Below, one piece after another: positions 52,097-63,915 of a DNA stretch of 64,000 nucleotides (positions are counted from its first letter, which is position 1; every line of letters begins with the position of its first letter). The DNA lies in contig QPMI01000081.1 of NCBI GenBank assembly GCA_004431415.1, positions 22,346-86,345 of the forward strand, written 5' to 3'. The translations under genes were made by a program, and so were the position numbers. The notes under the pieces were generated by a model. The model saw only the letters and a list, made by a program, of their open reading frames with translations. It did not search any database and was not told the DNA's origin. This DNA is from Cyanophora paradoxa CCMP329. Lineage: Eukaryota > Plantae > Glaucophyta.

Positions 52097-52535
52097 TGTC
52101 GCGGGCGAAATCTTAGGCGGCTGCAGCCTTAGAGAATTTGCCGTTCGTAGAGACCCGGGTTCAATTCCGGCAGTTCGCTTCGGCGTACTTAGAGACTCGG
52201 GTTCGAATCCAGCGGCTCGCTTTTCATATGTCTGAGCCGTCTGACCGGATCATATGATCTGATCATGAGAGCTTCGGACGACAGCGTGAGGGCTTCAAGA
52301 GCCCGGCGCGTGCGTGTTGAGAGGGATTTTGCCATTCCCGGAGATCGGCCTAGTAGAGAGACTAGAGTAGTGAAACTCTGTCGGATCAAATCTACGAGTA
52401 CTGTCATACTGCTGAACCTGCATCACGCTGGGGCCGGTCTTGCACTCACTGCAGGTCAGAGTCACTCTATAAACCTGTTGTCTAGAATCCCGTGCCACCC
52501 CTAGGGCACCGGAATGGGGGATTTCTAGCTCAACA
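52097..52535 (+). repeat. Inverted LTR copy, 439 bp, TGTCGCG...CTCAACA
   Basis: Reverse complement of 47517-47955. Confidence 0.95.
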
Positions 52536-52538
52536 ACT

Positions 52539-52557
52539 TGGGGGCTGCTGCGGGAAT
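52539..52557 (+). promoter_or_regulatory. tRNA primer-binding site, tRNA-Pro-like
   Basis: TGGGGGCTGCTGCGGGAAT starts 3 nt after the LTR terminal CA and parses as the complement of CCA, discriminator C, a 7-nt acceptor stem, a 5-nt T stem and the T loop; resembles the TGGGGGCT start of Pro PBSs. Confidence 0.8.
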
Positions 52558-52856
52558 GGCAAAATCCCTCTCAACACGCACGCGCCGGGCTCTTGAAGCC
52601 CTCACGCTGTCGTCCGAAGCTCTCATGATCAGATCATATGATCCGGTCAGACGGCTCAGACATATGAAAAGCGAGCCGCTGGATTCGAACCCGAGTCTCT
52701 AAGTACGCCGAAGCGAACTGCCGGAATTGAACCCGGGTCTCTACGAACGGCAAATTCTCTAAGGCTGCAGCCGCCTAAGATTTCGCCCGCGACATTCGTC
52801 GCAGCAGAGAAAAGCCGTCCTCGGCGCCTGCTACCCCGCCCGCGACAAGCTATAGT

Positions 52857-53246
52857 TCAGCTAAGCTTTAAGGCGACCGGTCCGGTCCTCTCCATCGCCA
52901 GCAGCTCTGGGCGACCGCGGCCGCCGCCCCCCGCTACGTATACATACGCGTTCCGCAAACTAAAAAAGAAATCTAGGTCCAGTGCTACTAGATAGCTATA
53001 GATCTCACTTATCAGAGTCTGCTGCTGCTCGAACGAGGCGACGGCAGGGGCCGGAAGCTCTAGAGGGGCGATCGACGTCGAGTCCAGTGGAGCCCCAAGC
53101 ACCCCGCCGCCGCCGCCGCCGGCGCGATCCGTGGGCGCGGAGAGCCCAGGCCGAGCAGGCGGCCGGCCGGCGAAGGGAGGGCAAGGGCACCGGGACGGAC
53201 CCGTGGGAGCGCTGAAAGCTCGAAGTTGGCCCTGGTCCGCCTGGAC

Positions 53247-53295
<49 letters not shown>

Positions 53296-53912
53296 GCCCT
53301 AGAGGGCGCCCAGGGCATTCCGCCGCGGCGGTTCGTGGCCTTCTGAACGCGCAGCTTACGGGAAGCCGCGCGCGAGACGAGGGGCGCCCGCGCCAGGGCG
53401 GGGTAGTGGTCCTCAGTAAGTGCGCCCCCCGCGCGCTTCCCACCTCTACGGACTCGGACCGGGCCCTCAGCACCCTCCGCGGCCCGCGAAGGGCGCTTTG
53501 AGCCACAGGGGCAAATTCCGGCCACGGGCTGGCCCCAGCAGCGCCCTGAAACCTGAAAAAAAGATCGGTGTCGGTTCTACCCCTTCGGGATTCGAAGTAA
53601 CACGGCGGGGTGCGCACCGTTGGATTCGGCTTGCTCGAGAGTGGCGGGCGAAAGTTCAACGGGGTCCTGGGGCGAAGATCGGGTCCGGAGGGGTAGGGGG
53701 GTACACGTGCTTTTGACGCACCCCGACGGCGTGCCGCACATCGATCGATCGGGAATGACAAGGAGATTCCAGCGAGGCGATCGTTGGGACTCATCGGCGC
53801 CGTGGTGGAGGGGTACATAGAAAAAACTGTTGGGCGGGGCGTTGAGAGAGACGGGGAGAGGCTCAAAGATGGCAGTGCGGGTCTTAAGCGCACCTGGATA
53901 TCGCGAGGACAT
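52857..53912 (-). CDS. Possible small spliced gene of unknown function
   Basis: ATGTCCTCGCGATATCCAG|gtgcgc followed by several cag|...|gt-bounded segments; no recognisable domain; 3' end unclear. Confidence 0.3.
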
Positions 53913-54610
53913 CCGGCTGTGATCGTGCGGGGTCGGATGGAGTCTGCATCAGCCTCCGCCTGAGTCGACGGGCGTTCCGCAGGCGCCCGGCGGCCCTCCA
54001 GCCGCTTCCCGAAAAAGCTTCCCGGGCGCCTAACGCACTCTGTCAGAATTTCGACTCAGAGGCGACCGTCGGACCCAAGAGCGCGCCGCGGCTGCCATCA
54101 GGTGCGCGCCAGCAAGCTCGGAGGAGAGGCGGAGCGCGACCCGGTCAGAGCCGCGCGGGGGACTAGCCTATTGCGCAAATCCGCATTTGCATTGCGCGGT
54201 GCTGTATCGGTGCTGCATGGGCGGCGCAAGATGCTGCCGGCGGAGCCAAGTCAGGAGGCGCGCCTGCGGCACTCCGGGGCTTGTTCAAACCTTGAAAGCG
54301 CATGAATTGCGCCTGGTCCGGCCACGGATCGGTCGGCGGCAACTCCCACCTTCGACAGACCTCGACGCCGGGCCAGGGCGTACGCTGCGCTAAGGCGTGA
54401 CAAGTTGCTGGAACGCAAAACAACGCATGGGTTGTTATCAACGTCGTCGAATCGATCGCTTCAGCGAGGTTCGGTGAACTTCGATCAAGAAGAGGGGTAC
54501 AGAAGAGGCTTGCAACAAGCCGCGACCTTCCAGTTTCCAGCGCGTAGAATGCAGTCGTCGGAGCGTCGAGCGCAGCAGAAGGCGACTCCGTTCGAGCCGC
54601 AACGCGAGCT

Positions 54611-57600
54611 ATGGTTTTGGGCTTTCTGCGGCGCGGCCGAGCTCGAGGAGCCAAGCACGGGCACGGCGAACCGGCCGAAAACAAGCTCAAAGATGAGCAC
54701 GAGGCGCCGTTCGGCCTGGAGCTCAACCCGCTCTTCACGAGCGGAGATGCATATGCGCCGCATGCGCAGCTGCAGCTCGGCTTCTCGACGAGCGAGCTTC
54801 TGCGAGTCCGAAGCGTGCAGCATCAGCAGATTGAGTCGTCGGGTCACCTCGCGCACTTGTACGCGCTCCTGTCCATGGCCAGCTGCAGCGATGTCGACGA
54901 GCAGCGCCTCCCCGCCTTCGTCGAGGAAGAGTACGCCGGCGACGTGCAGGCGGCACTGTCGGATCTCCGCCGTCTGTGCACTGGGAGTGCGCGTGCTCTT
55001 TACACGCATCGGTGCTCTTCGAAGCGCTGACAACCCCTGCAGTGGTGAACACGCTCAAGCAGAAGGCCGTGCTCGATCATGGAGACCTCGCCGAAGCGAG
55101 CGCTCTTATCCACACCGGCGACCGCGAGCTGTGCCGCTCGGTGCGCCTGCGCTCGCGTCCGCGGCCGCGGCCGGTGGCATGGGAGTCTTCGTACGCCGCG
55201 CCATGGCCAGAGCCTGACGGCGGCGCACGAGCAGATGGTGAGCGTACTTCTTGAGAAGGCCCGGTCAGCAGCGCTGGTCAAGACGGACGTGCTCTGCGCG
55301 CTGGCCTGGACGCTCGGCCGCTTGCCGAAAGGTACACTTGGTTCAGCAGACTTCGACGTCCTCGTCGAGTTCTGCATGGGTCACGTACGTATACGCCTCC
55401 GGGATCCGAGCCGCACCGTCGCACCGCGCGGCTGATGCTCTAAGCTCGCAGCTGGAGCAGTTGCGTCGCGCCGACGTGGGGGAGGGTACGTCGCTCGCGC
55501 GGCTCGAGCTGGTGGCCGCAGCCTTCGATGCCCTGGACGGGGACAGGGGGCCAGGTCCGCCCCCGCCGCGGCTTCCACGTGCACGTGCATGGTCCTTTCT
55601 AATTTGATCGCACGGGCAGCCGAATCCACGTGGGCGCTGAGCTTCGACAAGCGTGTGCGGCCCGTAACCGAGCTCCTGGAAGAGGCGCTGTCAAGGTCGA
55701 CCAAGCACGGCGCCACGCACTGGCGCGCAGAGGCCGCCGCGCTCGCGGCCCTACAGGCACGCCTCCGACCCCGCTGTCGCGCGCCCGCTGATGAAACGTC
55801 CGCCGCGCGCCCTCCCAGGCAGTGGCACACGCCAAGTCCGACTTCGACCGGTTCGGCGACGTGGTTCGGCGCGCAGCGGCCGCAGGTGCGCTTTCTAGCT
55901 CGGTGCGCCTGGTTCGGGGGTTTCGGCTTGACTCGTGGTGCGCAGGGCGCGTGCTGCAGAGGCTGTACAGTGCGGGCCGCGTGGTTCTGCAGGGCGTGGC
56001 GAGCTTCGGCGCGACTGCCATCGTCGACCTGCTCCTCTTGGCCAGGGCCCGTGCCGCGCCGCGCGGCCGTCCCACCCCCGGTCCGAGACTCGCGAGCGCT
56101 CACTTCTCGTGCAGGAGTACGCGACGGGAGACGCGACGGCGGCTCTTCGCGAGATGTGGAGCGATGTAAAGGCTGTGGCGGCGAAGGACGGACCGCGAAA
56201 GACAGCGCCGTGGTCCGATTCCTTCATGGCCGCGCCGCTCTTCAAGATCATGATCTGACGCACCGGCACGGGCGTCGCAGGTACGCGCAGGCGAGGCTGC
56301 TCGCGGCGCTGGCGGCGGGCGGCGGGCTCGGCGAGATGAGCTCGCTCCTCGCCGACGACAGCGGCTCTGGCATCCTTCAGCAAGCTGCCGCCAGCAGGCC
56401 GATCGCTCTCGCCCTCGCGGCGGCGCTCGTGCGGGTGCGAGCATACAGCGAAAGCGTTCAGTGGCCCCGTCTAATAATGCTCCATCAGATCGTGGAGTGC
56501 AGCTCGTGGGAGCAAGGGACGCCCGGCATCAATGGCGAGGTCGCCGTCGGGTGGCTCCTCGATCTGGCCCGCGGCGCGGCCGCGCTGACCGAGCGCCGCG
56601 GCGAGGGCGCGCTCTCGGTCGCTGTTGCGGCGCTGGCGACGGTGGCGGGCACGGAGGGGGTCGACGCGGCCGCGTCCGCGGCGCTGGCGTCGCTGCGTCT
56701 GCTGTCGAAGCTCGGCGGGGCGGGGGCGGACGCGGTGCACGCGGCGGCGCTGCGGATCCTGGGCTCGGCGCCGCCGAGCTGCTGCAGCGGCCGCCCGCGC
56801 GGCGGTTCCCGGTCGCCCTGCCCCGGCTTTCTTCGGCGGCCGGCGCTCGCGGTGCGGGCGCCGAGCTGCTGCGCGCCGCCAAGGCCCTCGCATGGCCCCC
56901 GCCGGACCCGCTCTGCACGGTGCGTCTCGCTACGCTCCAGCCGCGCCTTCGATTATCATGCTCACGCCCCCCGCAGTACGCGCAGTCGGAGGTGGCCTCT
57001 ACACGCGACGCGCTGTCGCTCTACGTGCCGCCGCGCGCGACGACGGACCCCTCGCAGCGGGAGGTCGTCGACCTGTTGGAGTACACCGCCGGCTTCATCC
57101 GCCGAACGGCCGGGGACCCGGGGGGCCATGGCCAGCCGCCGGCGGGCCAGTCGGTGCTGCTCATCACGGGCGACCCCGGCAGCAGCAAGTCGACCTTCCT
57201 CAAGTTCCTGCACCGCGAGGCGTGCCGCCAGCTGCAGCGCCAGGCACAGGCGTGCGCGGGCTCGCCCTTGCCGGCGGTCGCGACGGTCTGCGTGCGCCTG
57301 GCGAGCCTCGGCAGCGGCGGCGCTTGCGGCGGCCTGCGGCGCGTCGTGGCAGAGCAGCTCGGCCTCTCCCCCGTCGAGCTGCCTTTCGTCAGGGACAGGT
57401 CAGACCAGACCTTTCCGTGCTTTCCACCGCCACCGTATGCCTCAGCAGCTCATGGACTCCTGCACAGGCGGGGTCTCGTGCTCCTTCTCGACGCGTACGA
57501 CGAGCTCGATGCAGACGTCAATCTTTGGATCGCAAACGAATTAGAGAAGTGGGCGTCAGCCGCTGTCATTACTTGCAGGTCAACTTACGTCGCTTCAAAG

Positions 57601-60600
57601 TTCAAGCGCTCGCAGGTGCGTGCCGTGTCGGCGGCACGCGGCACCGCTACCCTGCGCGCAATATTCAATGGCTGACTTTATAGTTTGCGGCGCTGCAGGA
57701 AATATTCGCGCCCGACCCAGTCAACGCCAGGCGGCTGGCGGAAGTTCGCATGCACTTGTTCGGTCCCGAACAGGTGTGCGGCTTCATTTTCGCATCCAAA
57801 TGAATATCCGAAGCAGACCGGGTGACCATGTGCAGGTTGCCGAGTACCTGGAGCAGTACGTCCGCCTGCACGGCAGCGAGACCGGCTGCGGGTGGACTGC
57901 GCAGGACTACCAGCGCCACATCGCCGCCACGCCGGGCGTCTCCCAGCTCGTCGAGAACCCTTTCACGCTGAGGCGAGCTCGCGGCCGGCTCCTGCCGGTT
58001 TCGCCCGCGGCCGCGGCCGGGCTCTCGTCTTTTGATTCCGATCCGCAGCCTCGTGGCGCGCTTGCTGCCCGCTGTCGTTGAAGAGCGCGAGCGGTTCGGC
58101 CACCCGCGCCACCGCACTTGTCCATTCTCGCCACTGACTGACGAGGACCGTGGCCAAAAGCGGCAAAGGCGGTCAGGCCGCGGATCTGTTGACATCGGTC
58201 GAACTCTACCGGCGCTTTGTCGACGATTGGCTTCGGTCGCAGTGGACGAAGAAGATCAGCAGCTCCGCCGGCGGGGCCCGATCCCGGCCCGACGCAGCCG
58301 GTGCGAATCCGCGTGCGCGTATCCGTGCACCCCGCCCCCCTCCTCCATCGCTGACGGAGCTTGGCAGCGAGTTGGGAATCGGAAGATTTCGTCGAATGGG
58401 CCAAGGATCTGTGCCGTGAGCTCGCCGTCAACATGTACCGGGCGCGCCCCGCCCCGACACCGCTTAAGCATCCAGTGGCTGACTGCTTTCGCAGGCGGGC
58501 ATCTCAGAAGTGGTGTACGGCGCCCCGAGGAGGGCGCCGCGTCGCGGAGAGCAGGCGCCCGCGGCCGTCGCTGCTCCGCCCACGGGGCACGTCGGTCGCT
58601 GCGTGGAGCTGATCGAGGGCAGCAAGGACAGCCTGGACAAGTTCGTGGCGGACTCGTGCGGGCTGCTCGTGCTGTCGCGCGGCGCCGGCGACGGCGACGG
58701 AACGAAGCACGTCCGCTTCCTTCACAAGGCGCGCCTTTCGAAGCTCCCCCGTCTCTCTCTCTCTCTCTGTCTCTCTTCGCCGGCCCTTACGTCCAAGGCA
58801 GACACTGATGGAGTTCTTCGTTGTCGATGACGATTACAGCGCGTTCGTGAGGGTGCGATCGATGGCTCGAATATCTGAAATTCCAAGAGTTGAGAGCGAT
58901 CGCGAGTAACGGGACCGTGCAGGCGCTGCGCGCGACTTCTGGCCTTGTAGAGCTGGATATCTCGAGCTCCTTCCGCGCATCGCGCCGTGGATCGCTGTCC
59001 GTGTCCTCGGGCGCCGACGCCAGGGAAGCAGACTCGGCTGCGGACGACCTTCTTAGCGTGAAGTGCGGGCTGCGCGGGCGCGGCGCGCTCCGCCGCGCCG
59101 CATGCACGTCTGAAAGTCTCCTCCAGGCTTCTGACCTCCGAGCCCAAGATCCTTCACTTCTTGGCCGAGCAGTGTGCCGCGGACTTAGAATTTCGCCAGG
59201 CACGCGCCGTGCGCGCCACGTCTGTACGTGGCGTTAACTGACGGTGGGCGGGCGGGCGCAGCGGCTGCTGCGGCTGGTCGAGGCGAGCCGCACGGACGGA
59301 TCCGTCGTCGCGGCCGCCAACGCGCTGACCATCTTGAACTATGGTGCGCTTGGGCGAACTGCGCAGCAGGACGTGCGGGAGCCAACGCGCGCGCATACGC
59401 AGCGGGCCAGAGCTTCGCTGGCTGCGATTTGCGCGGGATTCGCGTGCCTGGGGCTGGTCTGCAGCGGGTGGAGGCGGCGGGGGCAGATCTGCGCGGGGCG
59501 GACCTCACCGGTTGCAACCTGGACCGGGCGAATCTCGCCGGCACGGACTTGCGCGGGACAACGTTGAGCGGCTGCGACGTCGCCGCGAACCCCGCGCTGC
59601 TGGGACACGAGGGGGACGTCGTCTCAGTGGCCATCACAGCCGTGCGCACCAAGTGTTGTACACGCCCCCTTAAGATACTAGAGCGAGTGGGCGTGCAGTG
59701 GCCGGGCGCTAGAGAGCACCAGGCGGAGCGCAGCGGGCAGACCAAATACTTGGGCTAAACTCTAGATGAGATCAAATCTAATGCCGACTGCAACTATAAG
59801 CAGCTCGAAGACTGCAGCTATTTGCTAGGCTAATAAGTGGCCATCGCCGCCGTGCGCACCGCTTCGCGATCGCCCTCTTGCTCTGTGTCGCACTGATCAT
59901 GAAGCGCTGCAGGATGGCCGGCGGGCCGTCTCCTGCGGCGGGGACCGGGCGCTGAGGGTCTGGGACCTGGAGCTCGGGTCCGAGGTGGCGCGTCTCCCGC
60001 AGAGCAAAGCCGAAGAGAAGTGGGAAGTGAGCCCGTTCTCCGCAGTCGCTGTCACCGCGGTGAGTGCGCGGCCGCCTTGTGTTTAATTTCCATCGCGGTT
60101 GGATGCGGCGCTGACTTGGCGGGGCAGGACGGCGCGCTCGCCGTGTCTGGCAGTTGGGACATGACGGTTCGGGCGTGGGACCTCCGGAGCAACGCAGAGA
60201 TCCACCGGCTGCTCGGCCACGAAGGCCCCATAAACTGCGTCGCCGTCACGCCGGTTCGCTGCACCGTGTGTACGGATTGACGATCGGCCGTGTCGGTTGT
60301 GCTAACAAAGAAGCGTATTCGCCCCAGAACGGTGGCTTCGCTCTGACGGGGAGCGACGACGAGACCGTGCGACTGTGGGACCTGGCGACAGGGATCGAGA
60401 AGCAGCGCCTGCGAGGGCACGAGGACAAAGTCACTTCCGTGGCCATCACTGCGGTGCGCGAACGATGCTTGCGTAATTTATAAATGCGCATCGATTGATG
60501 CTGATATGAGTCTGGCGCACGGGGTTCGCGATCGAAGGACGGCAAGTTCGCTGTGACCGGAAGCGAGGACCAGACAGTCAGGGTGTGGGATCTTGAGCAG

Positions 60601-63012
60601 GGGAAGGAGACGCTGAGCCTGCGAGGCCACACCCGCGGCATCACTTCCGTTTCCGTTACAGCGGTGAATTCTTTGAGGGGGGGCTCTGATTACACTATTG
60701 CAAATTTCTGATCCACTCATTTGCTCTTGGCATTCAGGACGGGACGCGCGCCGCGTCCGGCAGCCGTGACAAAACGCTGCGCGTCTGGGACTTGAAGAAG
60801 GGCTCTGAGCTAATGATTTTGAAGGGTCACGAGGGCGCCGTCCTTTCCGTGTCGATCACCGCTGTGCGCGACTTCGTGACGCTGCTTTCCCTTTAATTCG
60901 CTGCTCGAGCTCTTCCTGATTCCTCGACGCGCACGTGCAGGACGGCAGGCGCTGCGTGTCGGGCAGCGCGGACCGCACGGTGCGCTGGTGGGACGTGGAC
61001 AAGGGCGGCGAGCTGCGGCAGCTGCAGGGGCACGAGGAGCGGGTCCTCTCCGTCGCAGTGACTCCGGTGGGCCGCGCCCAAGCTTAAGCTTCAGCTGCAG
61101 GCGGACATGTACACCGGTACCGCGCTAACTCGCGAGGTGCTTTACTTCGCAGGATGGGCGGAGGGCTGTCTCGGGAGGGTACGACAGGGCCGTCCTAATG
61201 TGGGACCTGGACGCATGCGGCGGAGCCGGCGGCGAACCCCTCCGGGCGCCCGGCCACGACGACTGCGTCAACGCCGTAGCCCTCGCGCAGGCGAGCAAGT
61301 CGGGCGCGATCGCTCCATCTACTTCGTGTCACGCCTTTGAGCTTGCACGCAGGACGGGAGGCGGGCCGTCTCCGGCGGGAGGGACAGGGCGCTCTGCGTG
61401 TGGGACGTGGAACGCGGCTCCCAGCTCCTTCGCCTGAAGGGCCACGACGACTGGGTCTTCTCCGTCGCCCTCACGGTGGTGCGGGGGACGGCGGCGACGG
61501 ATGGGACCGGCTAGCTAACTCTCCGCATCGCTCACGCACGCTCTCAGGATGGCAGGCGCGCCGTGTCTGGCGGGCGAGACAAGGCCGTCCGGCTGTGGGA
61601 CCTAGAGACTGGCGCCGAACTTCTCACTCTTAAAGGGCACGAGCACTGGATCGATGCCGTTGCCGTAACGGACGTGCGCGCTTCGCGACCGCCGCGGCCG
61701 GCGCCGCACCGCTGGCGCCGCAAGGCAAGCGGCGAAGCTCACACGAAATCGATGGCAGGATGGCAAGCGCGCCGTCTCGGGCAGCAGGGACAAATCGATT
61801 CGGATCTGGGATCTGGAGCGCGGGCTCGAGCTGCGGTCTCTTCTCGGGCACGAGAGCACCGTCAACTCGGTAGCCATCGCGAGGGTCAGTCGGCTTGATT
61901 CGAATCCGGCCGCGGGATCCGGCCGTGCCGCTTGCGCTGTTTGCCAATTAATATTTCGGCTCGCGCGCGCGCACGCAGGACGGGAGGCGGTGCGTGTCCG
62001 GGAGCTGGGACAGGACCGTGGCTCTCTGGGACCTGGAGAAGGGCGCCCGGCTGCTCTGCCTCCAAGGACACACGCGCGGCGTCAAATCCGTGGCGATATC
62101 CGCGGTGCGCAAGACGTTGCGCAGGCTGCGGATCGAAGCCGCTGACAAAGGATCAGGATGGGAGGCTGGCCGTGTCCGGAAGCATCGACAAGACCGTGCG
62201 CGTGTGGGATCTGGAGAGGGGCGCCGAGCTGCACACCCTGGAAGGGCACGGCGAGACCGTCTTTGCCGTCGCGTTGACTGCGGTGCGCGCTCCATGTTGA
62301 CTGTGTCTGACAATAGATCTCTGCGCTCCTCGCGCGCCCTCTCACTGAAAAAGAAAATGCACGCACGCGTCTCCGCAGGACGGGAAGAAAATCATCTCCG
62401 GCAGCCGGGACAGGACCGTGCGCGTCTGGGACTCGGAGACGGGTGCCGAGCTCAACGTGCTGAGAGGCCACGACGCACCTGTTGTCGCGCTGGGCGTCAC
62501 GCCGGTGTGTTTAATATGGCTGGACAGATCTAGAGCCGATACGCATCTGAGCGCGTCTCTTATTTCGATGCAGGACGGGCGGCGCGCGGTGTCTGGGAGC
62601 TGGGACAAAACTCTACGAGTGCACGACTTCGAAGCCCCGCCCAGCGATGCGCCAGCGCCGGCCTCGCGCGCGCCGCACGGGGCCATCTGCCCGCGCCGGA
62701 TGGCCCACACCGAAGCCATCCGCTTCGAGGCGACTGGGGCCAAGGCGCGCGCCCCGCCTTCGATTTCGAATTCGCCCGCCCGAGTGCAAGCTCTGACGCG
62801 TACGATGACGCCGCCCCTTGCGCACGCAGTTCGACTCGACGACGTCTCTGTCGCCGCTGCTGGCGGTCTTGCTGAGGCAGCTCGGCGCGACGTCGGTGGA
62901 GACATGTACATCGGAGGCGACCATAGCAGCGGGGTCGGCGGCGCCTGTCTGTAGCCAGATACGAACGTACGACTGGTGCTCTTGGCGAGAGTCTCGAACT
63001 CGAAGCTCGTGA
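54611..63012 (+). CDS. NLR-like STAND protein: helical N-terminus, NACHT NTPase, pentapeptide repeats, 14 WD40 repeats
   Basis: Walker A LLITGDPGSSKSTF, Walker B LVLLLDAYDEL, AVITCRSTY, VENPFTL and VRFLHK; AANALTILNY followed by pentapeptides (ADLRGADLTGCNLDRANLAGTDLRG); GH...WD repeats at 59600-62630; tail LSPLLAVLLRQLGA. Start codon inferred. Confidence 0.9.
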
Positions 63013-63156
63013 GATCGATTATCATAGTATAAATTTTTTGTTGTGATTCAATGATTGTACATGTGCGTCTAGCGCTGTGTGCTTAACTGTGATGTATCTC
63101 TCATAAATTCGAGTCATACGTATACGTATACTTTTCGTGCACATGAGTAATCCCGA

Positions 63157-63230
63157 AGCCCCCGCAGTGCTGGTGTCTAGAGACTGTGGCCGGTAATTCA
63201 CCAAAAACCAAAATTCAGAATTTCGAAATT
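63157..63230. repeat. Dispersed ~70-bp repeat; inverted copy of 38476-38546
   Basis: Direct alignment by eye with a few substitutions and indels. Confidence 0.85.
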
Positions 63231-63915
63231 ACTGAAGTGGAGCAGTATACGTACCGGCCGCGGGAGTGTGAATGAAAAGTTGACCGGTACCAGTACTAGT
63301 AATGTGATTGTGTTTCATGGAATGAAAAAAAGAATCTATTCATCTCAGAGTCTATTAATCTCGAAACTCGATCACTGCTGAGCTGATCACTGATCGTGAG
63401 TCATGAATTGAATCGATGATCATGATCAGAAGTGGCATTGGAGGGGCCGGCCCAGTGACTTTATGCTTGTGCGCAAGAACGCCCTTCGGTCCGAGCCTCG
63501 GAGCCTGTTAGCTGCTCAAAGAGCGGCTCGAATTCCGAAGTTCGAAGGCGTGCTTGACATCGCAGCTGTTCGAGGCCCGGAGCTAGGTCCGCAAGGCTAA
63601 CCAAGCAAGAAAGAAGGGCCGCCTGGCTTCCAGTCCCTACTACCGAGGCTTAGCTATCACGAGACGCAAAAACTACAGGCCTGGGCCTAGAAGCGCGGCT
63701 TTAGGTTGAGCTTGAGCTTCGTCGTAGCTATAGATTTAATTTAGCTATCCTGCAAGCTATCCTACGACCTAAGGCTTAGCTGAGAAACCAAGAATTATAA
63801 ATAGCTAGAGCGGTTTTTAATGCGCATGCGCTCGCAAAAAAAGTTGCTGCTCTCCCGCCTACGACCTAAGGCTTAGCTGAGAAGCCAAGACTAGGCTAGG
63901 CTTAGCTATAAATAG

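Larger units (their letters stand above)
47517..52847 (-). mobile_element. Young non-autonomous gag-only LTR retroelement with a rearranged 5' end
   Basis: Outer ends TGT...ACA; 4-bp TSD AGCT at 47513-16 and 52848-51; LTR sequence at both ends; PBS; gag ORF; no protease, RT or integrase motifs recognised. Confidence 0.85.

Noticed and set aside
52140-52224. Functional tRNA gene
   Set aside because: Only T-arm-like segments are present; no D arm, anticodon arm or pairing acceptor stem.
47517-52535. DIRS-type element suggested by the inverted terminal repeats
   Set aside because: It has TG...CA ends, a TSD and a tRNA PBS, no tyrosine recombinase or RT was recognised, and the inversion breakpoints rebuild a normal LTR-PBS junction.
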